From an uncultured archaeon (GTDB taxonomy: Archaea > Thermoproteota > Nitrososphaeria > Nitrososphaerales > Gagatemarchaeaceae), in the NCBI GenBank assembly GCA_963799775.1, contig CAWCYD010000003.1:1600001-1664000 (forward strand): DNA of 64,000 bases, read 5' to 3'. The notes beneath the pieces were generated by a model. It searched no databases. It was given only the letters and a program-made list of their open reading frames with translations, and was not told the origin of the DNA. Both the position numbers and the translations under genes were made by a program. The stretch's first letter is position 1. Every line of letters begins with the position of its first letter. This document shows positions 1 through 10,713 of the stretch, piece by piece.

Positions 1-271
1 AAATATTCCTGCATATTCTTCCCGTCAAGGACCAAAAGCTCTAATCTCAGGAACGTGAAAAGGTTGAGACCGGGCTGGGCTCATTGATTCGGGATGGAGA
101 AATGGTCGGAGGGCCTGATGCCCTCGACACCACTCCCGCCACCCTACTCGCTTCGATAGCAGGCAATTACGCCTTGTCTGGCTACAAAGGCATTCTTGAT
201 GAAATTATGCCTCTGAGCATAATCCGATTGGAATTAAATTCCTGCGGTCGGAATGGAGGGAGCATCCGAAA

Positions 272-706
272 CTATCCCAGCTTGCTCTCAATCTCTTTCT
301 CTTTGGCCCGCGCCTCCTTGATTTGCCTTCCAAGCCGAGACGCGAAGAGATAGTTGACGACCCCCACGTAGAGCCACGCGAACGTCACAACAATCAGGAC
401 CGCCTCGAGGGCAAGGAGGGTCGGGTCGAGGAGGTTCACGGTGACAACTTTGGTCGCCGTCGTGAATGGGGTGAGCACCTGATAGAAGTAGGACGCTAGG
501 AGGAGAAAGGCGACGGCGATAGTGATTATCGAGAGCGTCCTCATCTTTGCCGAGCCCGCTTCGATGTGCTGGACGAACGAGCCGTGGGCCTCGATTATCT
601 CGGCCGCCGGTGCAAGTCCAATAGGTTCACTACCTTCTCGATTCTCTTTGTCCGCACTTGCCAAGTGAAATTTCGTCTCGTTTCGCGGATAAAAACTGTT
701 CCTCAT
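272..706 (-). CDS. hypothetical membrane protein (2 TM)
   Basis: ORF with two hydrophobic helices; true start may be downstream. Confidence 0.6.
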   Translation of the reverse strand: MRNSFYPRNETKFHLASADKENREGSEPIGLAPAAEIIEAHGSFVQHIEAGSAKMRTLSIITIAVAFLLLASYFYQVLTPFTTATKVVTVNLLDPTLLALEAVLIVVTFAWLYVGVVNYLFASRLGRQIKEARAKEKEIESKLG

Positions 707-970
707 CTAAGATGAGTCAGGCGATATCTTCGTCCACAATTTCTCCCAGTCTTGAAGAAGCTTGTCGCCCTCCTGGGTTAACAGGTAGACGCTCTGCCCG
801 TCCCGCATTGACTTTGCCACGAACCGCCTCGACTCCAGTAGCGGCGCGAACTCCATGAATTTGTCGAAGCTCAGCCCAGTCACTTGTGCGAGCCTCGTCG
901 GCCCCAGAGGACCGGAACGCAGCACCGAGAGTATCTCCATAAGGATGAGAGTCCTCTCGCGCTTCCTCAA
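707..970 (-). CDS. winged helix-turn-helix transcriptional regulator (archaeal HTH_45-like)
   Basis: RERTLILMEILSVL..GPTRLAQVTGLSF..YLLTQEG pattern; TATA-like element ~30 nt upstream. Confidence 0.8.
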   Translation of the reverse strand: MRKRERTLILMEILSVLRSGPLGPTRLAQVTGLSFDKFMEFAPLLESRRFVAKSMRDGQSVYLLTQEGDKLLQDWEKLWTKISPDSS

Positions 971-1141
971 TTGTCCCTTCGCATGAACGGAACCGCACTA
1001 ATTAAATCGAGGAGCGACTGAATCCAAGCTCGGTCGCACCTCAGGGTGGACTTCGCTCGACGCAACTCATCATTGGCACTCAACGTAAATGAGTGCTTAC
1101 GATGAGCAATTCTCTATAAGCTCGGTCCGTCCTTTCTCCGC

Positions 1142-2362
1142 ATGAGTTCGGCAAACCCGGTCTGGCTGGGATTCACGAGGATGGGCGGGAGGTTCGTCCT
1201 CAATTCCGAAGATCTAGCAGGGGGCATCGCGGTTCTCGGGCAGGGGTCGAACGCTCTTGCCCCTCTCCTCGCTCTGGCCTGCCACGAAGCGGGCAGGAAG
1301 GTGCTGCTGCTTGACATGGAGGGAAAGGCGGCAGATGCAATCTCTGGATACATGGGAGAATTCGACGTGTCCCACTTTCTCTACGACTCGCTCAGGATCG
1401 AGGACAATCCGGTCGTCCACGCGCAACTCCTGGCCGGCGCGTATGCGACTACACTCGACCTCTCGTTCGAGCAGGAGGCCAGTCTGAACGCCTTCGCCCA
1501 GATAATAGCCAATGAGCGAGGGGTCGCCAGCCCCTCATCGGTCGCTGACCTAATCCAATCCCCAGACGCCGCCAAGGGTCGAGCGATTGACCGGCTCAGG
1601 GCGAGGCTCGAGGCCCTACGGTCCCTGAATCTTCTGGGCGAGAAGGACGCGGTCAAACAGGTTATCCAAGAGAGCGCCGTGTTGAGCTTCAAGGGTGCAG
1701 GGTCACCCGAGGCCCAAGAGACTGCCGTGGCCCTCTTCCTCGCCAAGCTGCTTGCGATTCTTGGAGGAAGTGACGAAGTGCAGGGACCAGATGTGTTCAT
1801 AGTCACCGAGGCGAACCGGCTCTTCAAGGAGAGGCCCGTCTTTAGGAAGAGCCAGCGATTCCTCACCTCGTTCGTATCATCCTCCTTGGGGAAGGTGCTC
1901 GCTTCTGACGTGGCTTACGGATTGGACAAGGACTACATGGACACGTGCGGGGTAAGGATCCTCTCGAGCGCTGCATGGAACGACTCGGGGAGGGGCGGCC
2001 TCGTCCTCACCCCCAACATGTTCATGCTCCAGAACCCCTCCTACGGCTCGAGCGAGGTCTTCATCCCGAGGGGGTTCGAGGAGAGGAAAGGCACCGCAAA
2101 GGCCCCAGCCGGTCTCGTCCCGACGGCGGACGCCGAGCTCGACCTTCGCATACTCGAGGAAGTGGCCAGCTTCAAGGACGCGACGCGCACGTCGCTGATC
2201 TCCTTCCTTGCCTCGGAGTTCGACCCAGACGTCCTTGAGAAGGCCTTCGACAGGCTCCAAGCGGAAGGATGCATCGCCGTCACGCCGCAGGAGAGATCTG
2301 GGCGAACCATCCTCTCCGTCTCGCTCACCGACAAGGGCCGCGCGATGCTGGGGAGGCGGTAG
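1142..2362 (+). CDS. degenerate HerA/VirB4-like P-loop protein with C-terminal wHTH
   Basis: GIAVLGQGS (eroded Walker A), VLLLDMEG, FIVTEANRL (Walker B-like), C-terminal SLTDKGR wing. Confidence 0.55.
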   Translation: MSSANPVWLGFTRMGGRFVLNSEDLAGGIAVLGQGSNALAPLLALACHEAGRKVLLLDMEGKAADAISGYMGEFDVSHFLYDSLRIEDNPVVHAQLLAGAYATTLDLSFEQEASLNAFAQIIANERGVASPSSVADLIQSPDAAKGRAIDRLRARLEALRSLNLLGEKDAVKQVIQESAVLSFKGAGSPEAQETAVALFLAKLLAILGGSDEVQGPDVFIVTEANRLFKERPVFRKSQRFLTSFVSSSLGKVLASDVAYGLDKDYMDTCGVRILSSAAWNDSGRGGLVLTPNMFMLQNPSYGSSEVFIPRGFEERKGTAKAPAGLVPTADAELDLRILEEVASFKDATRTSLISFLASEFDPDVLEKAFDRLQAEGCIAVTPQERSGRTILSVSLTDKGRAMLGRR

Positions 2363-2364
2363 AG

Positions 2365-3400
2365 TTGATTCCTCAACTGGAAAGGCTGCAGACGGGATGC
2401 AACGCCCTCGACCTCCTGACCGACGGCGGCCTAGCGACCGGGACGATAACCCAGATCTTCGGTGAGAAGGCCCTTGGGAAGAGCATCCTCTCTTTGCAGG
2501 CCGCGTACGCCACCGTGGCCGCCGGCAGTAGCGCGATCATTCTCGACACAGAGCAGTCGTATTTCAGCTACCTCGTCGGCTACCGGAGGGCCGGGTTCGA
2601 GAAGAGGTTCGGCGACAAGGTCCAGGTGAAGGAGGTCAAGCTCGTGAGGACGACGCGAGCGGCGAAGAAGAAGGACATGCCCGTCTCTAGGAGCGAACTC
2701 GTCACCTCCGTCAGCAGCCTGCTCGACCGGATCGGGGTCGCGTACAACGACAACCACCTGAGCGCCATCGCCGATGTCCTGTCGCCGGATTTCACCGTAG
2801 ACCTCGGTGAGGAGAAGCAGGAGCCTTGCGTGATGATAATCCAGCTTCCGGACATCATCGACCTGCTCGCGCTCCACGGGCACGACGTCCAGAAGATAGT
2901 CTCGGAGAACGGGAGGGTGGAGCTGAGACTAAAGTCGACCCCGGTCTACGACTCGGCGCTGCACCAGATCGTGGAGCAGACAAAGGCCAAGCTTCTGGTG
3001 TACGACTCGATCTCCGCACCATTCAAGTCGTCTTTCTTCGGGACGCAGGACACTTCCGGCAAGGAGCGCCGGGATGGCGATAATGCTCGCCCACGCGCAG
3101 CGGCTCTGCATCCAGTTCGGGCTGGCGGTGGTCGTGACCAGCCACGCGTCCATCAACCCGATGGCCGCCTGGGACAGGGGCAAGCCCTACGGAGGGCTCA
3201 CGCTCGGGCACGAAGCGAAGTTCAGCTTCGAGCTGACCAAGCACACCGCCAAGAGGAACGGCGATGCCACCTCCGTCAACCCGCAAGAGAAGATAGACAA
3301 GGATAGGGATGGGAGGGCTTTCTGGGTGCACAGGCACCCAGCCCTCGAGGACTGGTCGAGGTACGGGCACACCTTCATCGACGACGAGGGGTTCCACTGA
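2365..3400 (+). CDS. RadA/RecA-family paralog (apparent frameshift near 3055)
   Basis: TGCNALDLLTDGGL, Walker A GEKALGKS, DTEQ, LVYDS; second frame continues AVVVTSH..PYGGLTLGH; GGAGG before TTG at 2365. Confidence 0.75.
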
Positions 3401-4482
3401 TGGGCTGGCTCGGCAAGGGTCTGGCCTTTCTGCTCGCGATAATCCTCTTCGGCGTGGGGGCCTGGCCGCTCTCCCTCCTCATCTTCGCTGCACTCTTCGT
3501 TCCGCCTGTCTTCAGGTTGTGGAGGCGCAGGCCCGCGTCCCAGGAACGGAAGGGGCCTAGGCAACCATTCCAGCTCAGGTACCTCTTGGGGGGCTTCCTA
3601 TTCCTGCTGGCGGTCATTGGATTCCTGGCACATGGCACCTTCTCACCGATAGTGTTCGCGTCCCTGGGCCTGCTCGTGTTGTTCTGGGGCCGGGGTCCGA
3701 AAAGGGTGTTCGGCTCGGGGTTGAAGCCTGTCAAGGAATCCGTGATTCTCAGGTCTTCCCTGTTTCCTTACTCGTGGGCCGCTGTCGCCCAGGTCAAGCT
3801 GCTCACCCGCGACGTCGGGAGAGCGCTCGCGGGTGTGACCGGCACAGTCCTCGTGTTCTCGTCCGATACCCCTTCCATCTACCTCGTGTTCGAGAGACGC
3901 GCTGCCAGCGAGAGGGCGGCCGAGGATTCGCTCCTCTCCGCCGTCAGAGAAGCCGCCATCTCTGTGTCCGCGCTTGGAGCCTATCTTCTTCCGCTCGACT
4001 CCCAGAAGGCCGACGAGCTGCTTCAGCCCTCCCTTGAGTCTGTTTGGACAAGTGATGGCGACTGGTCCACCGCGCTCGCGTCTTCACACTACGACGTCGT
4101 CTGCATCAAACAAGACAAGGGCTTCGCGAAGTCTCTTGCCTCATACAAGAGGACTGACGAAAGGAAAAGTGGCCTGGCGAAGGTTCCCACCGCCTCCAGA
4201 GAGCTCACCCATCCCCCGTTCCTCACCGAGGTCTTCAAGGTACTGGGAAGCAGGCTCACTTGGCCTCACCCAGACCAGTATACAGCGTTCCTCAGCAGCC
4301 TGCTCGCGACTAGCAACGAGCCTATCGGGACGAGGATACTCGACGCGGGCACCGCTTCGCAGTCTCAGATGGTCCTGGTCAAGTCCCAGGGAAGCCCTTC
4401 TGTCGAGCTTAGCAGGGCGCAGCTCCGCGCAGTCGTCAAAATGTACGACCCCCGGCCCAGATCGGTTGTGACTGGAATCTAG
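3400..4482 (+). CDS. membrane protein, N-terminal TM helices plus soluble domain
   Basis: start overlaps upstream stop; ~4 hydrophobic segments. Confidence 0.7.
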   Translation: MGWLGKGLAFLLAIILFGVGAWPLSLLIFAALFVPPVFRLWRRRPASQERKGPRQPFQLRYLLGGFLFLLAVIGFLAHGTFSPIVFASLGLLVLFWGRGPKRVFGSGLKPVKESVILRSSLFPYSWAAVAQVKLLTRDVGRALAGVTGTVLVFSSDTPSIYLVFERRAASERAAEDSLLSAVREAAISVSALGAYLLPLDSQKADELLQPSLESVWTSDGDWSTALASSHYDVVCIKQDKGFAKSLASYKRTDERKSGLAKVPTASRELTHPPFLTEVFKVLGSRLTWPHPDQYTAFLSSLLATSNEPIGTRILDAGTASQSQMVLVKSQGSPSVELSRAQLRAVVKMYDPRPRSVVTGI

Positions 4483-4538
4483 CCTTCGAAGACTATTATC
4501 GTCAGGGTTCGTCGACCCGCTTTCTCGAGAAGGGACTT

Positions 4539-5709
4539 TTGGATATCCTTCACAAACTATTTCCAAGCCTCTCAACGAGTTCGATTCAGTTGGGGCCTAG
4601 GAGAAGCGAGCTCGCCTTCATCATCACAGTCATGGTTGTTTTGGCATCATACGTGACGGCCTCCGAAGTACTCTCGACCGGCCCGGAATCATCTTCTGTG
4701 ATCACAACGATTAATGTCGGAGGCAGTCCAAGATATGCTGCCTTCGACCCCGCGAATGGCTACATATTCGTATGCAATGTTGGCTCCAACACGAGTCTGA
4801 AGGGAACCGTGGATGTGATCGACGGATCTTCGAATACCGTGGTGGCCAAGATCACGGTCGGAGTTTTCCCCAAATGGCTAGCTTTCGACTCGGCCAATGG
4901 AGATATCCTCGTCTCCAACTACGACTCTCATGCGATATCGGACGTAAGCGGAACATCGTGGGTCACCACTGCTACGCTCTCGCTCCCAAGCAAGGGGCCC
5001 CCGGTGCCTGAACCTGATGGAATCGCCTTCGACCCGACGAACGGGTATCTGTATGTCGTCGAGAACAACCTGGACTCTGTCATCGTGATTAACGGCGCGA
5101 ACGGCGCGGCGGTAGGTTCGCCGATACCAGTCGGCAAGGGCACCAGACGGAATAGCATTCAATCCATACACCGAGCAGATTGATGTCGCAAGTGACACAT
5201 CCCTCTCCGTGTTGAACCCGGCAAACGACTCGGTTGAGAGTTTCAAGACGCCGACCAGCTCGACCTCCCTCCCATTCACCGTCGCGGTCGACCCGTCGAC
5301 TGGGGACGTCTTTGTCGGCAATTTCGGCTCCAGTAGCGTCTACGTGTTCGGCCATTCTGGAGAGTTGGCGAACGTGACCCTAACCCAATCGCCCACCGCG
5401 ATCGCATTCGACTCGGCGACCGATGCAATGTTCGTGGCGGGCTCGAATGCCACTTTTGCGATAAATGCTCAGAACTTCGCCTTGATGGGCAAGCCGATTC
5501 CAGTCGGAAAGTCACTGCCGGATGTAAGCAATGGGGTCGCCTTCGACCTTGAGAATCACGAAATCTATGTGTCAAACGGGCTGGACGGGACCATATCAGT
5601 GATAGCCCCTGGGACGACGTCTCCTCCTCTGAGTTTTGCTCTTGTCGCCGTACCGATAATCTTCGTCGCCGTGCTGGCCGGCGTCGTGGTCTACCGACGC
5701 ATCGATTAG
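4539..5709 (+). CDS. YVTN/YncE-type beta-propeller surface protein (frameshift near 5140)
   Basis: repeated P.G.AFDP.NG.IYV / V.VIDG..N.V...I.VG motifs, N- and C-terminal TM. Confidence 0.8.
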
Positions 5710-5775
5710 AGAGCCAGGGAGCCCTGATTCGGCTAGCCTTCGACCAAGATCATCGTGAGAGTGCTCCTTCGAGAC

Positions 5776-5994
5776 TCAATCCATGAGTTCGAGGAATTGC
5801 TTCTTGGTCAGGCCCGCTTGCTCGACGATGGACAGAAGGGTCCCTCGCTTGATCTCATTCATCCGCGGTACCGCAACAAATCTTCCCTCTTGATTTTCGA
5901 CGATGATGTGGCTTCCCTTCTGTCTCACTGGCTTGAACCCAACCTTGGAGAGCGTTTTCAGCACCTCCCTCCAGTTGAGAACAGGAAGTGCCAT
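5776..5994 (-). CDS. hicA: HicA-family toxin
   Basis: LPVLNWREVLKTL..GF..RQKGSH..VP...EIKRGTL. Confidence 0.9.
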   Translation of the reverse strand: MALPVLNWREVLKTLSKVGFKPVRQKGSHIIVENQEGRFVAVPRMNEIKRGTLLSIVEQAGLTKKQFLELMD

Positions 5995-5997
5995 ACC

Positions 5998-6246
5998 TTA
6001 GACTACGACTTCGACTAGTTCCGCGTTCTTGGACACTTCCCTCTCCTTGAGGTGCTCAAGAACCAATTCGATTGCCTCCTTGATGTTGACGAGGGCTTCT
6101 TTCCTCGTCTCGCCCTGGCTGATGGCCTGGGGAAGTTCGAGGCATTGGACCGAGTAGCCGCCTTCCTCCTCCGGTTCCAATATGACGGTGAAGCGTCGAC
6201 CGCCGCGGACGGCTACTCGCTTGGACATGCGTGGAGTTCGGGCCAC
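5998..6246 (-). CDS. hicB: HicB-family antitoxin (short)
   Basis: EEEGGYSVQCLELPQAISQGETRKEALVNIKEAI. Confidence 0.9.
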   Translation of the reverse strand: MARTPRMSKRVAVRGGRRFTVILEPEEEGGYSVQCLELPQAISQGETRKEALVNIKEAIELVLEHLKEREVSKNAELVEVVV

Positions 6247-6286
6247 GCTTCACTATTAAGCCTAACGTGGTTCTATCGTGGATTGC

Positions 6287-6544
6287 TTACCCTTCGACGA
6301 CGATCATCGTCAGGGTGCTCCTGACGCGGTCGAGCCTGCGTATCTTCCAAGTGATGGTCTCCTTGACCTTCTCCATGGTGTCGGCCTCGACCCGAGCTAT
6401 GATATCATAAACGCCGTACACAACATAGACGTCCTTCACAAACTCTAATCCCCTTAGGGATTTCAGAAGCTCCTCCTCAGCGCCTAAATCAGCATTTATT
6501 AAAACGAACGCCATCGGCAATTGTCGAATCTCTGCCTCTCGCAT
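6287..6544 (-). CDS. stand-alone Lrp/AsnC ligand-binding (RAM) domain protein
   Basis: AFVLIN...VYGVYDIIARVEA...IRRLDRVRSTLTMIV. Confidence 0.85.
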   Translation of the reverse strand: MREAEIRQLPMAFVLINADLGAEEELLKSLRGLEFVKDVYVVYGVYDIIARVEADTMEKVKETITWKIRRLDRVRSTLTMIVVEG

Positions 6545-6679
6545 TACTATGGTGATGAGCGGTAATAACCATTGCTACTTGCGTTGCTAAAACGAAAGCC
6601 AAGGGCATTTTTGCGTTCGTCACCATTTAGCCGAACTCGGTATAAAGAGTTCATTTCCCACCTTACCGCGTAAGATCCG

Positions 6680-7357
6680 ATGAAGCGCGGAGAAGCAGCC
6701 TTTGCAACCATCCAGCTCATCATCTTCGCTGCCGTTCTGACCCTCGTGGCCCTGCCGGCCTTGAATGCTCCGTTCGTCCCGCGCTCTTTCGTCGCGACCA
6801 CGACAACCCCGTCAACCCAGGGTCTCGTCCTTACTCTCACCCTCAACTCGACCAGCCTGAAGAGCGGGCAGGGAATCAAGGCCACGGTCGAAGAGGTGAA
6901 TACGCTCCGCCAGACCAACAACGTGTCCGCCTCTGACAACTGGCCCTTGAAGAGCGCGACAGAGATACGGGGGACGACGCTGAACGATGGTGATTGCGGC
7001 CCAATCAACTTCCCCATGGGTTTGGAAATCGTCAGCGGATATTACACAAAAGACAACGCCTCGACGGCGCATCCACTCGAGCTCTACGGGTTTGGGTTGA
7101 CCAGTTGTCCTGCGGTCCTCAGCGAGATAGACCAATACAGCTTCCAGGCATCGAGCGAGAACGCGAGCATCATCGGAAGCTGCGACCCCAATCCGTGCTT
7201 TGCATACGGAATGACTGCCTCGGTGAGCGCCCGTGGCTCTTGGACGAGCTTCCTGGTCTTTGGTCCCAGCTTCGCGAACTTTGGCCCTGGCGTGTACACG
7301 GTTATTGCCGGAGACGAGTGGGGCGCCCTCGCCTTCACGTACTTTGACGTCGAATAG
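6680..7357 (+). CDS. secreted Cys-containing 'GDEWG' family protein
   Basis: signal/TM; GLVLTLTLNST..NNVSASDNWP..PGVYTVIAGDEWG shared with four paralogs. Confidence 0.75.
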   Translation: MKRGEAAFATIQLIIFAAVLTLVALPALNAPFVPRSFVATTTTPSTQGLVLTLTLNSTSLKSGQGIKATVEEVNTLRQTNNVSASDNWPLKSATEIRGTTLNDGDCGPINFPMGLEIVSGYYTKDNASTAHPLELYGFGLTSCPAVLSEIDQYSFQASSENASIIGSCDPNPCFAYGMTASVSARGSWTSFLVFGPSFANFGPGVYTVIAGDEWGALAFTYFDVE

Positions 7358-7406
7358 GTCGCCGCCTACGCAGTTCTTCTCATGGGGATTACCGCTGACC
7401 CGCCTA

Positions 7407-8567
7407 TTAGGGCAAGGGGCAGTTCTGTCCCGAGCCAACAAGAGCTGTGTCCACGTACCCGGGGCCAGCGGAGTCATGGAAGGCTATGAATTCCGAGGGC
7501 AGGGTCACCAACAGCTCGTTCATCAAACCATTGTAAGCCACGAACTGAGGTGTGCCCGGGAGCGAGTACATATCGAGCAGAGCCCCTGTCGCCCCGTCGT
7601 AGATGAACGTGTAGTTGAAGTCGAGAGAAATCGCTGCTATTTGGTCCGTGTTCTGAACGTAAGCCATGCTGTCGAACGGGCCGCACTCCTGCGGATTGAC
7701 CTTGAAGACCACCTGCCCATTGGTCGCGTTGATAGCGGCCAAAGTGTCGCCCGACACGTAGAAGAGGTGGTGTACCGTGTTGACGGCGACCCTGGGATAA
7801 CTCCCTCCTCCGAGCGTTACGTTGGCAACGAGGCTATTGCTCGTGCCATTAACAATGTACGCTACAGAGTCGCAGACAAAGCTGCCGACACACCCTGCCC
7901 CGATAATCATGTTCGTGCTCGGGTCGACGGCGATGGAGTCTGGCGAGTGTGGAAGGGGCACTCTCGCAACCACAGAACCCGTCTGGACGTTGATTCCCGT
8001 CAGCGTGCCATTGGCCGAACCGTAGAGGACGTGTGTGACCTGGTCGTACGCGAGGGTTCCATACCCGAGGGCCGGATGGAGCTCCCCCACAATCTGGTCA
8101 GTTGTGCCGTTGATCTCCACAACTCCGCCATCGACCGATACATAGACCATGTGGGTCTGCCAATCCGTTGCGATCCCGTTCTCGCTCCCCGCCGGGAGCT
8201 GAATGCTGGCCAGCACTTTGTGCGCGTAGCCGTTCACGACTGTGAGGTTCTTCGAGGACCACCCAGCGATGTAGATCTCGTCGGGGTTGGGATCCAGCCC
8301 GATTGTGCGGGGCTGCTGCCCTCCCAGCGTGATGTTGAAGGTCTCAAGGCTTGAAGCGGGAAACGGCGGACCTAGGGATACCGTGGCGGTAGCTGTGCTC
8401 AAAGTTGTCGTCTGTATAGACAAGACTGTAGAGACGCTCGTGAGAGTCGAAACTGAAGTCGCAGTCACGGTAGCGGTTTGGCGGGAGCCTGACCCGACGA
8501 AATAGCCAACTCCAAGGCCTGTTGCGACCAGAATCACGAGGACAATCGCAACAATATCATTTCTCAT
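7407..8567 (-). CDS. YVTN-like beta-propeller surface protein
   Basis: N-terminal TM, Thr-rich linker, P..IAVDP.TN / INGTT..IV repeats. Confidence 0.75.
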   Translation of the reverse strand: MRNDIVAIVLVILVATGLGVGYFVGSGSRQTATVTATSVSTLTSVSTVLSIQTTTLSTATATVSLGPPFPASSLETFNITLGGQQPRTIGLDPNPDEIYIAGWSSKNLTVVNGYAHKVLASIQLPAGSENGIATDWQTHMVYVSVDGGVVEINGTTDQIVGELHPALGYGTLAYDQVTHVLYGSANGTLTGINVQTGSVVARVPLPHSPDSIAVDPSTNMIIGAGCVGSFVCDSVAYIVNGTSNSLVANVTLGGGSYPRVAVNTVHHLFYVSGDTLAAINATNGQVVFKVNPQECGPFDSMAYVQNTDQIAAISLDFNYTFIYDGATGALLDMYSLPGTPQFVAYNGLMNELLVTLPSEFIAFHDSAGPGYVDTALVGSGQNCPLP

Positions 8568-8654
8568 TTTTACTGTGACATGCGGAGAAGGGGGCGCTCA
8601 CTATTGAACCTAACAACCAGCTCCTGCAGAGGAATGTTTCACCGCATATGGCGA

Positions 8655-8674
8655 GGTTCCATTGCGCCTCAGCG
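8655..8674. repeat. cassette-boundary repeat copy 1 (degenerate)
   Basis: GGTTCCATTGCGCCTCAGCG. Confidence 0.6.
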
Positions 8675-8780
8675 AGGACAATTCAAGCCGCGTCCCAGTA
8701 ATGTGGTCAGTGACGGATGCCTGTTTATCCACATTTGCAACATTTCCACGAAAGGTTTTCCGGCGACAGTGTTTTGGCAA

Positions 8781-10359
8781 TCAATGGTAAACATTGATGA
8801 TCTGGAGTTGGAACACATCTAGAAACGGCTGGCCGTTGACGCTCTCGTTCAGGACTATTGTGACACTCTCTTGCGGTGTGTTGGCAAATGTATTGATGCA
8901 CACTTGGAAGTAGTAGGGCTGGTCAGCCTGGATCACGAGCGAAGAATTGACAGGGAAGACCTGGAGCCAATTGGGGAGCGGGGACCTCCGTATCATTCTG
9001 GATTAAGCCGACCCCCGTGAAATTCACGGATAGGGTCGCATTTGAGATCATGCCAGGTGTGGGATCATAGACACCGGCTCCAATGGCGTAGTTGGTCTGA
9101 TCGGTCCCTATCTCTGCCGCCTGTGCGCCGGGAGAAAAGCCGACCGGCCCTGGTGAGCTCAATATGTGCGGGTTCCCGTCTGCATTGTTCAGCGCTATCA
9201 GGCCCTCTCCCATCAGGCCCTTGACGGAACCAGAAGCGTCGATGAAGAGAGAGTCGTTGAATGGGTTTGCGGGCGGAGGTGGGATATGGGTCTGCGGAGG
9301 AGGCGGTATTCCGACGCCGATCCCAAAGAGGAGCAGCGTAGAGGTCGCCCCCTGGGGGCCGACGTTCTCAAGGTGAGAAGGACTGAACTCCATCCAGGCG
9401 CCCTTCGGGACATCTGGAGAACTGAGATACACATCGGTCGTTGTGTTCGATGTCACAGTGACCTGGAACTTTTGTCCGCTAGCGAAGAAATCGTTCGGCC
9501 CGGCGTTCGACCCACATGAGCTCGCGTAGAGGTACACCCATGAGTAGGACGGCCCGCTGATCGTGACCTTGATTCCCTGCTGGATGGCGGTCGCATCACG
9601 CGCCATGAAGTAGACTGAGCCTATCGGCCTGACGGTGCGAAAGTCGAAGATGTACCCGCCCGGATGGGCGGAGAACTGTCCGCTGAAGCCTCCGCCTGGG
9701 AAACCACCTCCTGGGATCGAGACGCTCCTTGTCACGTTCTGGAGCGTCCCGGATAGAACCAGGGGTCGGAGGTCAGTAGAGTTGATCATCGCATCAGGCG
9801 TGAAGTAAACTGTGAGGTTCAGTTGCAATCCATTAAGGTCGGTACCTCGGAACGTGAATTGAATGGAAGCATTGTTCGAGAGTTCGAAGCCGAAGAGCTG
9901 CTCATGCAGGACTCCGCTCCATGAGGGTGGCTCGGGCTCGGAGACGTCCGTAGACATGTTGAATGTCTGAGGGACACCGACGGTGGACTCGGAAGAGGTG
10001 CACATTGGCGTGCTCCCGTTGGGGTAGGACGTCGCACAGTCTTCGTGGTACATCGTGGGAAGCCCCGAAGCGTTGAGAAGCGTGTCCTCGCTCGCAGCCA
10101 AGACCGAGCTAAAGGAAGAAGAGTTCTGAACATTGGCGCTGACGGTTGTCGAGTTCGCGCTAGAAGACGTAACGGTCGCAGGCGAGGACGTAGCGCTTTA
10201 TGGAGAGCCGGGGGTCTGCGTCGAAGCATTCGTCGTCGGCGAAAATCCTCTGGTGATCGATTGCGTGGGAGTGGAAGGGAGAGATAGAAACACAAGCAGC
10301 GAGGCTATCGCTACTGTGGCCAGAACGCCTCCCACAAGAGCTCCTTCGTTCCTCCTCAA
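8781..10359 (-). CDS. secreted protein, paralog of 23835-25415 (two apparent frameshifts)
   Basis: leader LRRNEGALVGG..; SEDTLLNASGLP..QADQPYYFQVC aligns with 23835-25415. Confidence 0.7.
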
Positions 10360-10713
10360 GGTCACCAATGGAGTTCCAAGGCATTGGTACTATTATCTCC
10401 TGTGAAGCTTCCCTCCCTCCTGAGCTAAAGGGCAGAGGTGGGTGAGGGCACCGAGATTTGCGTGGAAGAAGAGCCGCCGTCTGAGTGATAGCCAACCCTG
10501 CCGACTATCGTGAGCGCAACCAAGACGGTCACTGTCGCCGCCGCGCTCCTCATAGTCTTCAGATTTACGGAGACTCTCGTCAGCGATGGGGCGGTTCTGT
10601 GCACCACGCCGCCTTGGTGTGCTCTTTTGACAGGCGGACCGTGAGCTGAAGCCCTTCTCGACTTCACAAGAGTTTTTGACCATCCTCTGGCTATTCTTTT
10701 TCAGTCTGTCCCC

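Noticed and set aside
90-140. tRNA or riboswitch at the window start
   Set aside because: Only a single hairpin (GAGGGC..GCCCTC); no cloverleaf or recognised consensus.
647-657. TTTGTCCGCAC as a further regulon half-site
   Set aside because: One mismatch, lies inside a predicted ORF and is not followed by a TATA-like box.
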